Numbered from the whole stretch's first letter, positions 1-13,529 are shown. The stretch: DNA of 62,958 bases, filler included, from Octopus bimaculoides (GCF_001194135.2; 9 parts of 9 records of this genome joined end to end with filler, not necessarily neighbours in it); one strand, 5' to 3'. Program-made: numbers and translations. Notes: a model not told the origin generated them from the letters alone.

Positions 1-225
1 AGAAGAAGAAGAAGAAGAAGAAGAAGAAGAAGAAGAAGAAGAAGAATGATGATGATGATGATGAGAAGGAGGAGGAGGGAAAAGAAGAAGAATGATGATG
101 ATGAGGAGGAGGAGGAGGAGGGAAAAGAAGAAGAATGATGATGATGAGGAGGAGGAGGAGGAGGAGGAGGGGAGAAGAAGAAGAAGAAGAAGAAGAAGAA
201 GAAGAAGAAGAAGGTAATGATGACG
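1..225. repeat. Compound trinucleotide microsatellite (AGA)n/(GAT)n/(GGA)n
   Basis: Directly visible tandem trinucleotides. Confidence 0.95.
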
Positions 226-445
226 ATGACGGCAACAAGCATCAGTAACAGCAACAATCACAATAGCAAATCACAAAAAGGGAAAGATCGATGAGATGCA
301 GCCGAACATTTGCTTCATTCAACAGCGAAGCAACAATTCGTTCTATAATTGAATATAATTGATTTTTCCCACTTATTCATCAATCCATCCACTCTGATAC
401 ATAATGCGATTATAATATTAATCCGATTCTCCGGAAGTGATTGAT

Positions 446-710
446 ATACACACACATACATACAACTGTATATTCATTCATACATATGTACATACATACA
501 TACATACATACATACAAGCCCGAACGCATGCACTCACGCATATATACACCAGCATAAAGACAGTCATGCATATATACATACAAAAACATGCACATATCAA
601 TTGCACGCATATGTTCATACACACACACACATACATACATACATACATACGTACATACATACATACATACATACGTACATACATACATACATACATACAT
701 ACATTCATAT
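446..710. repeat. (TACA)n/(CA)n compound microsatellite
   Basis: Directly visible; it explains the overlapping MYVC/HTYI ORFs. Many similar tracts occur across the window (e.g. 21047-21325, 27525-27740, 58585-58935). Confidence 0.95.
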
Positions 711-867
711 GATACGCAGCCTGGATATGAAAACCAGAAAGTGCTGAGCACCACTGGCAACTTCCACATTAAAAGTGACACCGATAGGACTAATGCGAGA
801 CGAAGTGATGGCGGTAGAGGCATTTCAAACCAAACAGCATTTGAATGTCGCATTGTATCACTTTGAC

Positions 868-1162
868 CAATGCTTCTCAAACTATCTGATGTGGCGTACC
901 GGAAGTTTCTTTTTTTTTCCAATGTGCCTGGGACCGGTAATATATCTTAGTAATATTAATTCATACCGGAAGCAATATATATATCATGAATATAATAAAA
1001 GCTGACAATTTTTAAAATCTTATATTTTTTTTGTATACAAATAATACAATACTACATAAGCATTTTATAATGTTTCGTTCTTTTCGGGAAACTCACCGCG
1101 TACCGGCAGCTAATGGCTCGCGGACCGGCACCGGTCCTGGACCACCACTTTGAGTAGCACTG
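868..1162. mobile_element. Non-autonomous hAT-like MITE (~295 bp)
   Basis: Imperfect TIRs CAATGCTTCTCAAA ... TTTGAGTAGCACTG. The 8-bp flanks ACTTTGAC and TCTTAGAC match at 6 of 8 positions, consistent with a decayed hAT 8-bp TSD. Confidence 0.65.
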
Positions 1163-1199
1163 TCTTAGACAACACCTGCTCAACAATAAAGAAAGAAGC

Positions 1200-1902
1200 G
1201 AATACTTTCCATGCATACTTAAAAGTGAGAGCAGCAGCTTCAGAGTAGAAGAACTATGTGCAGGTACTCTGAGAATACAGCTGTCTCATGCGACCCAAAC
1301 GAGGCTGGAATTGGCCTATCTAAACAGAAACTTGGAGGAGAAGCAGGCTTCATTCCAACAAAAATATTATCAACAAAAATGGGTACATATCTAGAAAGCC
1401 AGAGGGCAACAACAGCGTTGACAGGTGGAGTAGCTTCTCCGGGACTTACGAAACATTACATCCCACTTAGAAAGATATGCTTTTTAAATACTTGATAAGC
1501 AAGAGAGACAAAGATACTACCAAACCTCCACGTTGTGATAAAACATGTCAGCTCTGCTATATTACTCATATCATCAGCAGTTGCTCCAAAATGACTACCA
1601 GATACTCCCTGCTCCTGAGGAATGATATAGTTGCAAAATCTATTTACAATGCTATCCGCGGGTTAGACTGGCCTGACGTATACATCAAAGGCATGTCAGA
1701 ACCAACAGGTATCTACACCTTTAGAAATAAGGAATACTGGCGGAGCACCGCAAGAAAAACATCAATTTGGTGTAAACATAACAGATCTGATATTGTTCTG
1801 TGGGACAAGGAACGAAAGTCATTCATTGTTGTAAGAGGTCAGCTGCCCAACGGATGTGGATGTAAAATCAAAAAGAAAAAGAGAAAATTTATGGCGAATT
1901 AA
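1200..1902 (+). mobile_element. Degenerate 3' fragment of an RLE-type non-LTR retrotransposon (R4/Dong-like)
   Basis: The translation shows a decayed CCHC knuckle plus restriction-like endonuclease: CDKTCQLC..HIISSC....Y..LRNDIVAKSIY and KHNRSDIVLWDKERK. Frameshifted. Confidence 0.75.
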
Positions 1903-3029
1903 TGCAGAACTTCATGCCTTCATTCCATCATATTTTGTTATCCATTGTATGACTTGTTAAAAAAAAATCAAGCGACACCTGTACCTGAAGATTTCTTTTT
2001 CAAGTGAGGAAAGCCCTTGCACAGGATGAATCCCCCTCTGTAAACTACTCTACATCATTTGATGTAAACGAAATCGCAAGTTTCACATCTCTTAGGTGTC
2101 TCACTAAAAACTAGAGGTTCCTCACTCCCAGCTGTTGAAAGACTCCATTGAGTTCATCCACCCTTTAACAGGTTTCGTTTTTCATCCTGCAGCCACACCC
2201 CTTACCAATCAGGCTTGGTTACAGTTACTGTCTAATCGCCGACGGCCAGATCGTACATGTTGTTCTGAGTTACCAATAGCACTAAGAGCACATACATACA
2301 TACATACATACATACATACATACATACATACATACATACATACATTTCAATGTTGATCTCGTTGTTGTAGCAAATGTTCCTATTCAAGATCTCCATAGTT
2401 TTGGTTCTTCTCTTCATCAAACCAAAGACTAAGCCAACACTAACCATACCTTAATCTGAGCTAGATATGGTTATCACTTCTATTCTTCCATATCTCCTGC
2501 TTTTTCCCTATTTTCTTTAATTACTCTCATTCTTATCCTACTCCACCTTCTCCTCCTCTTCCTCCTCCTTATTCTCATCAGCATCATCATCGTCGTGGTC
2601 ATCATTTTTGCTATCCTCCCCGCTATCTTCTTTTACGTCATCACCACTTTCATCGATACTACAACCTTCATCGTCGCTGCCTTCATCACTACAACAAAAT
2701 CGTACCACCACCGCCGCCGCCGCCACATCATCATTGTCATCGTTCTCATCATCATCGGCGGCGTCGTCGTCTTGGTCATCATCATCATTAACGAACACAC
2801 TTCAAAAATTCGCAGAAACTTTGAAATCCTCGTGTTACTGCTGATTTGCGAAATGCTTCCAGTAACACAGACTGATGTGAAGTATAGTAGCTTTCCTTTC
2901 TTTTGTTCTCTATCTTCCGCAAGGTTCGAGTTGAGAAACGCAGGCTAAGATTATACAGTTTTTCCGACTATCTGCAATGTTGAACTGAATTTCGTCATCT
3001 TACCTATTTACATCTGATTGAGATAAGAT

Positions 3030-3385
3030 GTCTTTGGGTTCACTCCCACAGCATGGCACCTTGGGAAAGTGTCTTCTACTACAGCCTTGAGCCGACCAAA
3101 GCCTTGTGAATAAATTTAGTAGACGGAAACTGAAAGAAGCCCGTTGTATATATATGTGTGTATATATCTATGTATGTTTGCCTTTGTGCCTGTGTTTGTT
3201 CCCACATCACCATTTGACAGCCGTTGTTGGTATATTTACGTCCACGTAACTTAGCGTTTCGGCAAAAAGAAGCGGTAGAATAAGTACTAGGCTCTTCGGA
3301 TAGATTTGTTCAATTAAAACCCTTCAAGGTGGTGCTTCAGCATGGCAGCAGTCAAATAACTGAAACGAGTAAAAGAATTAAAAAG
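3030..3385 (+). mobile_element. tRNA-derived SINE family A (5'-decayed copy)
   Basis: Shared family core GGCACCTTGGG.AAGTGTCTTCTACT...GTAGACGGAAACTGAAAGAAGCCCG, internal (TA)(TG) tract, and 3' end CAGTCAAAT.ACTGAAAC.AGTAAAAG. Confidence 0.85.
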
Positions 3386-4050
3386 TAACATAATCATTCA
3401 ATTGCATAACATCATGAAATGTGAGATGGGCTTCAACACTAAACAACAACTTACAGTTGGCGTAGTGTTGTAAGGAATCAAGAAGAAATAAACAAATAAA
3501 TTACATTTTTACGAGGCACTTTGGGAATTTCAGTTGAAATTTGGCTTCCGATATTCTTAAGTTTCTTTTCGGATTTGAAATTTAACCCAAATGAACTTGA
3601 AATGGTTCATTTCAAATAAACGGAAAAATGACAAAAGGAAAAAGAAAATAGTTACAAAAAGAAAAAAAAAAGATACTTCGAATAAAAATTTTAACTCGTA
3701 CACGATATCAAAATTCAATAAAAAAAATTGCAAATTCAACTCGAATATCTAGCAGTAACAGTTTTCAAATAAATTTAGAATTTAAATGTTACTTTAAAAT
3801 ATTTTAGTTTTATAGATTTTAAATTAACAATAAAACTTTGCATGTTGTGCGGGCTGTGTGCATATGCGTGTGTATGTGTGTATATATATATNNNNNNNNN
3901 NNNNNNNNNNNNNNNNNNNNNNNNNNNNNNNNNNNNNNNNNNNNNNNNNNNNNNNNNNNNNNNNNNNNNNNNNNNNNNNNNNNNNNNNNNNNNNNNNNNN
4001 NNNNNNNNNNNNNNNNNNNNNNNNNNNNNNNNNNNNNNNNNNNNNNNNNN

Positions 4051-4160
4051 CAAAGAACTACTGATTCCAAACTACAAATTTTCTCCAAAGTGGATGGCGA
4101 TATTTAAATATCGCCATCCACTTTGGAGAAAATTTGTAGTTTGGAATCAGTAGTTCTTTG
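4051..4160. repeat. Perfect 110-bp palindrome
   Basis: Every 10-mer block is the reverse complement of its mirror, centred on TATTTAAATA. It starts exactly at a gap edge. Confidence 0.95.
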
Positions 4161-4199
4161 ACTGCTATTTCTAAATTTTCAGTATGTTGGAGAAGCAAC

Positions 4200-5142
4200 T
4201 CAATTGCTAATCCCTGTATATTTATAATGATATATATATATATATGTATGTATGTATTCAGTTTCGACTTTCTCAGTTGTCTCGAGAGTTAACCAATCCA
4301 AATGATTCTGTAAACTACAGAACAAATGGTAATCTGAAGGAGTAAGGTCCCGGAATAAGGCGGTTGAACAATTTTCTCCCAACCAAGCTCCTCGATCTTT
4401 TATGACGTTATCTTTGCAGTATGGGGTCTTGTATTTTCCTAATGAAACACCACTCCTTTTCGATTCGCTAAAGCAGGCCCTTTTTTCTTCGAAACAGCGT
4501 TCGAATGCTCTAATCACTGACAATATATATGAGTATTGATCGTTGCATTTGTTGTTAGCAACTCAAAGTGGAGGATTCCTCAGCGATCCCACCAAAACAG
4601 AGAGAAAAAACTTCTTCGCATGGAGTTCCCTTTTTGGTTGTATTTGGGCCTTTCCCCTTCACCAACATTTTGATAAAAGACCCATTTTTTATCACCTGTC
4701 ACCAGTATGTCCAAAAAGGGCGAGATGAGTTGACGAGAATGAAGAGAAGAGCAGATGTCCACTCGGGATTTGCGGTTCGCTTCAGACTAATCATGAGACA
4801 CCCATTTTTCGAAGTTTTGGGACCTTTCCAAGCTTTTTAAGAGGCAATGAAAAGCTGTATGGCTTGAACGAAGCTTGCTTGCCCATTCTTCAACTGAAAC
4901 TGCATGGTCTTTTTCAAGTTCTGCCAAAAAGAACTTGTCATCAAACTCAAATGTACGTCCTGTTTGGGCCTCATCTTGAAGGCTGAAATCTCCACTTCTG
5001 AGTTTTACAAGTCATCTTCTGCAAATTCTTTCACTCAGTCACTCTTCTCCATGAGCTGAGTAAGTATTTCGAGTCGTTTCAGTTGCATTATGTGTCTTAA
5101 ATCAAGCATTTTGTGTCTTGAATACTCCTCAGACACTTCCAT
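4200..5142 (-). mobile_element. Degenerate mariner (DD34D-type) transposase
   Basis: Minus strand reads MEVSEEYSRH (ATG at 5142), LDILVTGDKKWVFY and DLTPSDYHLFCSLQNHL. Multiple frameshifts and stops. Confidence 0.88.
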
Positions 5143-5277
5143 GTTTTAAGAGCTATAATTAGAGAAATTTTAATTATATTATCCTGCAAAATGAAATCTA
5201 ATTAGCTTAAATATCTCCAAATACATATAATATTATTTGATGCCATTAGACATCCTAAAATACTGTTAAAGCGTTTA

Positions 5278-5670
5278 CAGTGGCTGTGTGTTAAGAAGCT
5301 TGCTTCCCAATCACATGGTTCCGGGTTCAGTTCCTTGGGTAAGTGTCATCTACTATAGTCTCGGGCCGATTTATCTTTGTAAGTGGATTTGGTAGACGAA
5401 AACTGAAAGAAGCCCGTCATATATATATAGATTTGTGTGCGTGTGTGTGAGTGGTTGGCTGTATTTGTGTGTCTGTTCTTGTTTTCCCACCATCGGTTGG
5501 TTGGCAACGATGTTGGCGTGTTTACTTTCCCTTAACTTAGCAGTTCGCCGAGTGAGTGACGAATAAAATAAGTACGAGTCTCACAAAGAAGTCCTGGGGT
5601 CGATTTGTTTGACTAAAGGCGGTGCCCCAGCATGGCTACAGTCAAATGACTGAAACAAGTAAAAGAAAGA
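5278..5670 (+). mobile_element. SINE family A
   Basis: tRNA-like head (TGGCTGTGTGTTAAG...GGTTCAGTTCC), family core and 3' end. Confidence 0.9.
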
Positions 5671-5726
5671 AATTGACAATTTACAAATTGAAAGTATAGA
5701 AGTTCGGACATTACTTATGGAATGAC

Positions 5727-5758
<32 letters not shown>

Positions 5759-6714
5759 NNNNNNNNNNNNNNNNNNNNNNNNNNNNNNNNNNNNNNNNNN
5801 NNNNNNNNNNNNNNNNNNNNNNNNNNNNNNNNNNNNNNNNNNNNNNNNNNNNNNNNNNNNNNNNNNNNNNNNNNNNNNNNNNNNNNNNNNNNNNNNNNNN
5901 NNNNNNNNNNNNNNNNNNNNNNNNNNNNNNNNNNNNNNNNNNNNNNNNNNNNNNNNNNNNNNNNNNNNNNNNNNNNNNNNNNNNNNNNNNNNNNNNNNNN
6001 NNNNNNNNNNNNNNNNNNNNNNNNNNNNNNNNNNNNNNNNNNNNNNNNNNNNNNNNNNNNNNNNNNNNNNNNNNNNNNNNNNNNNNNNNNNNNNNNNNNN
6101 NNNNNNNNNNNNNNNNNNNNNNNNNNNNNNNNNNNNNNNNNNNNNNNNNNNNNNNNNNNNNNNNNNNNNNNNNNNNNNNNNNNNNNNNNNNNNNNNNNNN
6201 NNNNNNNNNNNNNNNNNNNNNNNNNNNNNNNNNNNNNNNNNNNNNNNNNNNNNNNNNNNNNNNNNNNNNNNNNNNNNNNNNNNNNNNNNNNNNNNNNNNN
6301 NNNNNNNNNNNNNNNNNNNNNNNNNNNNNNNNNNNNNNNNNNNNNNNNNNNNNNNNNNNNNNNNNNNNNNNNNNNNNNNNNNNNNNNNNNNNNNNNNNNN
6401 NNNNNNNNNNNNNNNNNNNNNNNNNNNNNNNNNNNNNNNNNNNNNNNNNNNNNNNNNNNNNNNNNNNNNNNNNNNNNNNNNNNNNNNNNNNNNNNNNNNN
6501 NNNNNNNNNNNNNNNNNNNNNNNNNNNNNNNNNNNNNNNNNNNNNNNNNNNNNNNNNNNNNNNNNNNNNNNNNNNNNNNNNNNNNNNNNNNNNNNNNNNN
6601 NNNNNNNNNNNNNNNNNNNNNNNNNNNNNNNNNNNNNNNNNNNNNNNNNNNNNNNNNNNNNNNNNNNNNNNNNNNNNNNNNNNNNNNNNNNNNNNNNNNN
6701 NNNNNNNNNNNNNN

Positions 6715-6756
<42 letters not shown>

Positions 6757-7576
6757 GTAAATACACACACACATAATCGGCGAGGGTATTAAGTTTGTAC
6801 ACAGTTTTTCTAAAATTATTACTAACACGATCTCCGTCCAACATTCTTTAGGACCAAACCTTAGATAAATAAGAAAATCAGTTATTATACACACAATGTG
6901 ATAAATATAATCTGTTCTTCTGACATTTTGTAATCGATGATGTCTACCATGAAAGATATTAACATTTCTTTTCCTATCGGCATTTTGATGTTTAAACATT
7001 TCCTAAGAGTATTAATAGAGTAAATGAAATAACATGGCTGATAATGCAAACCTGAATTTTAAGTACAATATGTTAGGAGCTGTTCTTTATTGAGTTGGAT
7101 ATAATGGTGGGTTAATACCCTTGACCTTTTTGGACCTCCTCCCTACCCTCTTGACTAGTGAGATCCATGCTGCTAAAGTTCTATTTGATCTTCAGCTGCT
7201 TGAGGCCTGCAGGTAAATGATGGCTACTGAGCAACTTAGAAGGAGCTGCTATTATATAAAGGAGCAATTAGGCAAAGTGTTCAGAGCTTCGCTTATTTAA
7301 TGAGGCAAACAGATAGAGAATAGTTTCATAGAATGATGAAATGAATGAAATAGGAGCTTATCGCTAACAATATTGTACTCGTGTTGATTAAGGGGGACAA
7401 TAAAGTGCCATTGATTGGCTTCGAAAACTATTAATTGATGAAATGATGGAATTCTTCCTAAAAATTGCAGACGACAGTAAATGATTAACGATGTTGATAA
7501 TAAATACTATTTCTGTTATTTAGCTTAAAATCAGACCTGATCGAGAACATTTAAGATCTAAGCGGTCTCAGTTACA

Positions 7577-7740
7577 GTGGTGGCTATGTGGTAAGAAAGC
7601 TTGCTTTCTAACCACATGGTTCCGAGTTCAGTCCCACTGCATGGTGCCTTGGACAAGTTTTTTCTAATATAGTCTAGGGCCGACCAAAACCTTTGAAGTG
7701 GATTTGGTAGACGGAAACTGAATGAAACCTGTCGTGTGTA
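7577..7740 (+). mobile_element. SINE family A, 5' half
   Basis: Head and core up to the internal microsatellite. Confidence 0.85.
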
Positions 7741-7745
7741 TATAT

Positions 7746-7976
7746 TTTCTTTTACTTGCTTCAGGCATGTGACTGCGGCAATTCTTGAGCACCGCCTTTT
7801 TTAGTCGAAGAAATCGACCCCGGGTCTTAGTCTTTGTAAGCCTCGTACTTATTCTATCGGTCACTTCGGCCGAACCGTTAAGTTACTCGGACGTAAACCC
7901 ACCAACATCGGTTGTCAAGTAATGGTGAGGGGGGACAAACATAGACACAAATACATACATATATACATATATGTAT

Positions 7977-8026
<50 letters not shown>

Positions 8027-8188
8027 ATATATGTACGACGGGCTTCTTTCAGTTTCCGTCTACCAAATCCACTCACAAAATTTTGGTCGACTCGAGGCAC
8101 ACTTGCTCAAGGTGCCTCGCAGTGGGACTGAACTCGGAACCATGTAGTTGGGGAGAAAATTTCTTGCTACACAGCCACTCTTGCACCT
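7746..8188 (-). mobile_element. SINE family A, full length
   Basis: Reverse complement of the family A head, core, internal (CA)n and tail. Confidence 0.9.
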
Positions 8189-8424
8189 ATATATAAATGT
8201 GTGTGTATGTATGTGTGTTTACAATTTAACTCCTCCAATTAATTTTTGTATTAAGTTTGTCTAGAAGAAGCCATTTGTGTGATCATCTCATACATTCTGA
8301 GACCTTTAATACCGACATATTAAACATTTTCTTGAGCAGTAACAAACTGAAATAACACTACCATTGTTGGAGATGTACTTGCATAGCAAGTGACTTGATC
8401 TGAAATCATGTACTGAAACAAAAG

Positions 8425-8767
8425 CAATTGCAGCGTATAAAGTGTTTATAGACCATTAAAAAAAACCCCAAAACACACACACAAAAACCGTTAGATTCAC
8501 TTCAACATTTAAATTTAATTCGTGTCAAAATATTTTCGTCGCTTTGAAACTGACAAAATTTCGTGCTGTTTCGTCGCTTTGAAACCGCGACCTGTTCACT
8601 AACAAAATTTCTTGCTGCTCAGCACGAAATTTTGTCAGCGAGCAGGTCGTAGTTTCAAAGCAGTGAAAATATTTTGACACGAATTAAATTTAAATGTTGA
8701 CGTGAACCTAACAGCTTTTGTGTGTGTTTTTTTAAATGGCTTATAAACACCTTCCACGCTGCAATTG
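8425..8767. mobile_element. Fold-back MITE with long imperfect terminal inverted repeats
   Basis: CAATTGCAGCG...TCAACATTTAAATTTAATTCGTGTCAAAATATTTT is mirrored by AAAATATTTTGACACGAATTAAATTTAAATGTTGA...CGCTGCAATTG. Confidence 0.8.
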
Positions 8768-9110
8768 ACTGCCATTGTCGTTATGCATCAATTTAGGTTG
8801 TTTCAGGTAGCCGATGTTACCACCACAAAATACGATTTTTAGTTGATTAGCAGCTAAATTTGTGGAAACAGATTCGAGAAATAATAAGCCATCCTGAGTA
8901 TAAAGGTGCTTTGTGAAGATAAGAAGTTACGTAATTCAGAATTTTTACTACAATACCTCTTTTTGCTTGCATTGGTTTTATTCACTCTAACTTTTGAAAC
9001 ATAGCAATTCAGATCAGTAATTTATTCGTCCCAATATTGTGTTTTGTTTCTGACAAACATGTACGTCACTAATATTCCATTTCCTAATATAATAATGAGC
9101 GTAGTGCTTT

Positions 9111-9179
<69 letters not shown>

Positions 9180-11574
9180 AGAATCATACCGGACACGGAG
9201 GAGAGAAAATAGTAATTCAGTGAAGGAGAAGTAGTGAGAGTAATAGCCCTGACTCAGAGGGAGTGAGAGAAAGTAACAGCAATAAGAGAAAGGAAGGAGT
9301 GATAGATAAAAAAGGAAGGAAGGGGTGGAAAAAAAATCAGTATTTCAACTCTGTGTGAATATGTGTGTGTATGTGTGTTCGTGTACAAGGGAAGTATGTG
9401 AATAATTGTATGTGTGATTATTATGTACCTTATTTTGTACTTTATTTATATATAAAATACTAGAATTAGCCGTTATTATTGACGGAACGTGGTCAGCTAG
9501 TACTACTATATTTTTGCTCAGATGACGTGCAGACTATACAGAATTCTCGATACAATTTCTGGTCACTCTAACTAAACGCTACACCAGGACTGGACTTTGG
9601 ACAACTACAGTTGCGATAGATACTCATAATTTTTTATGCTTTGCTTTACTATAACTGTTGTTGCCTTTACTGTGACTGCAGCTCTCACAGCTGACACTGT
9701 GGCTGCTGCTGTTGCAAATGTTACACCTCCTACAACTGCTGAGTAACCAATCTTCCTAAATGAGACGGATGTTATCGACCAATTCATACAAAAAGCCCAC
9801 TAGTCTAGCGAACCGGATATGTAATCTTTAAAACTTTTACAGTACCGGTTGAGGAGGAACTGCTCAGATAATAATTATTTTATAAGTGAAATGGCATAAG
9901 GAAATTGAAGACATAGAACACGTAACCTATATTTTAAAGATTTTAGGGAGTCTATTGAAACATTTGGCTGTACCGTTAAATAGAGTTGATCATGATACTA
10001 AAGTAGAAATGTCCTAGCTGTCGTCGTCTTCTTCTTCATTTTCTCCTTCTTCTTCTTCTTCTTCTTCTCCTTCTCCTCCTCCTCCTCCTTCTTCTTCTTC
10101 TTCTTCTTCTTTTTCTTCTTCTTCTTCCTTCTCCTCTCCTCTTCTCTTCTTCCTCCTCATTCTCTCTTCTTTTTCTTGCCCCTCCCGCACCTTCTCTCTT
10201 TTTCCTCCTCTTCTCTTTTTCTTCTCCTCCTCCTCTCTTCTTCTTCTCCCTCTTTCTCCTCCTCCTCCTTCTCTCTTCGTNNNNNNNNNNNNNNNNNNNN
10301 NNNNNNNNNNNNNNNNNNNNNNNNNNNNNNNNNNNNNNNNNNNNNNNNNNNNNNNNNNNNNNNNNNNNNNNNNNNNNNNNNNNNNNNNNNNNNNNNNNNN
10401 NNNNNNNNNNNNNNNNNNNNNNNNNNNNNNNNNNNNNNNNNNNNNNNNNNNNNNNNNNNNNNNNNNNNNNNNNNNNNNNNNNNNNNNNNNNNNNNNNNNN
10501 NNNNNNNNNNNNNNNNNNNNNNNNNNNNNNNNNNNNNNNNNNNNNNNNNNNNNNNNNNNNNNNNNNNNNNNNNNNNNNNNNNNNNNNNNNNNNNNNNNNN
10601 NNNNNNNNNNNNNNNNNNNNNNNNNNNNNNNNNNNNNNNNNNNNNNNNNNNNNNNNNNNNNNNNNNNNNNNNNNGGATAATACCATATATTTTTTTTTGT
10701 GAAAAAAGGAAAAGAATAAAAACAAAGTGTTTTTATTCATTAATAATAACAAAAACTTTCGGATTAGTTAAAAGATCTCCGCCAATTCCCCAGAATGGAA
10801 AATGGTTTGTCATGACATTCTTTTATTTAGTCGTGATATTTTCTGCCATCGAGCGTTTCCAATATTTACTCCTCTTCAGGCGCACAGGAACTTCTCCGAG
10901 GAACATCTCATTTAAAAGTGTTAGTGGGAGATTAATCTGGTAACCTAGACGTGCGCTAGGATTGCGTAAGCGCATCTAACACAACGGGTATTAGCTTGAC
11001 ATGGTCGATCATTGCTAACACGGTCCTAATCGTACTGAACGACACAGACCTAGATGTGTAAACGTTGGACTCTTTTGTAAAACAAAGAAGAGGGAAAACA
11101 AGAATGTTTGAAGCATTAATGTTGATAAAAAATAGAAACAAAACGAATAACAAGATCACTACTTACAAAAACATTCTCTCAAAGATAAGAAGTAGGAGTG
11201 GACGAGGTATGTCGCAATGGGCGCTACCGCCTTGATCGACGAATTTATACTGAAACGGAACGTAATATAATTCTGTTTTTCATGAAACTGATTGTGCTTC
11301 CGTATACTTTTGAAAGAGGAGTTGAAGGGAGCCCTAGCTGATGTTTTGTATGATGTGTACTCTGTCAAACAATGCAAATCGAGCGTGAAGCGAGAAAAGA
11401 GGTAGAGCTGGTGTTTCATATCAGCTCTACCTCTTTACCCCATAGATTAAGGACATAATACATGAATCTCAGGAACACGACAACTGCGTCGTAAATTTTG
11501 TGTAAGATTACAGATATTTGAACAATCAGTTTGAATTGCCCTCATTGACCTATTGAATTCACATGAATATTCTG

Positions 11575-11897
11575 CAGCTGTACTCAGTGGTTAGAGCGTC
11601 GGTCTTATAATTGTGAAACTGTGAGTTCGATTCCCGGACCGGGCTGTGTGTTGTGTTCTTGCGCGAAGAACTTTATTTCACGTTCCTCCTGTTCACTTAA
11701 CCGGAGAAATGAGTTGCGACATCTCTGGCGCCAAGCTGCATCAGCCTTTGCCTTTTTCTTGGATAACATTGGTGGTATGGATAGAGAGGGGGCTGGTATG
11801 CATGGGCGACTACTGGGCTTCCATAACCAACTTTGCCCAGATTTGTGCCTCGGAGGGTAACTTTCTAGATGCAATCCTATGGTCATTTATGACCGGA
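11575..11897 (+). mobile_element. tRNA-derived SINE family D (CORE-like central region)
   Basis: A-box AGTGGTTAGAGCG and B-box GAGTTCGATTCCC, followed by GTGTTGTGTTCTTG...TTTATTTCACGTT. CORE similarity is by eye only. Confidence 0.75.
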
Positions 11898-12357
11898 AGC
11901 AGCGGAGAGGAGACGAAATAGTGTGGTGGAGCGAGGCAAAAGTCCTAGTTGTGTCACGTGCGCAAGTGAAGACCAATAAAGAGCTTTCTGTCTAGAAGAG
12001 AAGTAGAAAGAAAAGGAAAGCAGAGGGGGCGCAGAACAGGAAAGGCTGGAACACTAACAGTGTGCCCCCAAGGAGAAGACTGTTGTGGATTATACACTAT
12101 TTGTATAACACCACATTTCGCAGCACCACGTATAGCCAGAGCAGAAGCAAGTGATAATACTATAATACTACTTAATGGACACCATCAGCAGAAATCAGAC
12201 AAACCTGAAAAACCCGGAGAGTTTGCCCTGCTTCACAGTGCCAGCTGGCAACAGGGGATAATAGTACAAATCTAACTTCTTGCGACGATGAAAGAGCACA
12301 TATTTGCAGTTTACTTAATTCAACTATTCAACGCGTGTGTATTTTGCGTGTATTTTG

Positions 12358-12723
12358 TGGAGGCGCAAATGGCCCAGTGGTTAGGGCAACGGACTCGCGG
12401 TTTCGATTTTCAGACCGGACGTTGTGTTTATTGAGCGAAAACACCTAAAGCTCCACGAGGATCCAGCAGGAGGTGGTGGTGAACTCTGCTGTACTCTTTC
12501 ACCACAACCTCCTCTCACTCTTTCTTCCTGTTTCTGTTGTACCTGTATTTCAAAGGGCTAGCCTTGTCACACTCTGTATCACGCTGAATCTCCCCGAGAA
12601 CTACGCTAAGGGTATACGTGTCTGTGGAGTGCTCAGCCACTTGCACGTTAATTTCACGAGCAGGCTGTTCCGTTGATCTGATCAAGTGAAATACTTGTCG
12701 TCGTAACCGACGGAGTGCCACCA
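12358..12723 (+). mobile_element. tRNA-derived SINE family B
   Basis: Head TGGAGGCGCAAATGGCCCAGTGGTTAGGGC and tail GTCGT..CCGACGGAGTGCCA, shared with 26789-27070 and 15600-15742. Confidence 0.85.
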
Positions 12724-13050
12724 TTTTGCGTATATGTGTGTGTGCGCGGATACCTGTATACGAGTTCGTAATGGGTGTATAGGTACGTAAGTCCATGTAA
12801 CTTGTGTGTATGTATGTGTGTTTGTGTTCGTGCCTGTTTGAGCTAGTTTAAATGTGTGTGTGCCTATGTGTGCATCTATGCTTATGTGTGCCTATGTGTG
12901 CATCTATGCTTATGTGTGCCTATGGGTGCATCTCGTGCACGTGTTTGTGTATGCGTGTATCTACGTGGGCACATGTATGCAAGTGTTTGTTTGCGTAATC
13001 ATGTGCACGGAAATGGTAATATCTGTCTGTCTGTCTGTCTGTCTATCTAT

Positions 13051-13102
<52 letters not shown>

Positions 13103-13529
13103 GTGGTGGTGGTGGTGGTGGTGGTGGTGGTGTGTGTGTGTGTGTGTGTGTGTGTGTGNNNNNNNNNNNNNNNNNNNNNNNNNNNNNNNNNNNNNNNNNN
13201 NNTTAATTAATTAANNNNNNNNNNNNNNNNNNNNNNNNNNNNNNNNNNNNNNNNNNNNTCTCTGTTTCTGTCTGTCAGCCTCTCTCTCTGTGTATATATT
13301 TATCTATATTATACTAAAACTCAAAGTTTGTCTGTTTTCCTGCCCTTTGATAATAATGATTACAAATAATATAGTTAATAAAATTTACAAATATTTTAGT
13401 CATTTCTCTTTTTAAGAAGAAACAATCAAGTTGAAAATGTCGATTTGCGGCACTTCAGTGTGTCGTCGGAACCACTGCCGTCCATCTTTTTCTTACTTTC
13501 TTTTTTCTTACTATTTTATTTTTATTCGG

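Noticed and set aside
410-922. The many MYVC/HTYI/IYIY/CVCV/LSIY/ERER ORFs throughout the track
   Set aside because: They are translations of di- and tetranucleotide microsatellites, not genes.
2538-2798. Acidic D/E-rich ORF on the minus strand
   Set aside because: Decayed (CAT)/(CGT)/(CCT) trinucleotide low-complexity sequence with no domain signal.
5581-6999. Long X-rich ORFs (also near 10036, 31306, 38448, 44040, 49348)
   Set aside because: They are open only because they run through N gaps.
11920-12290. LTR-like segment (TG start, AATAAA)
   Set aside because: No second LTR, PBS, PPT or TSD can be identified.
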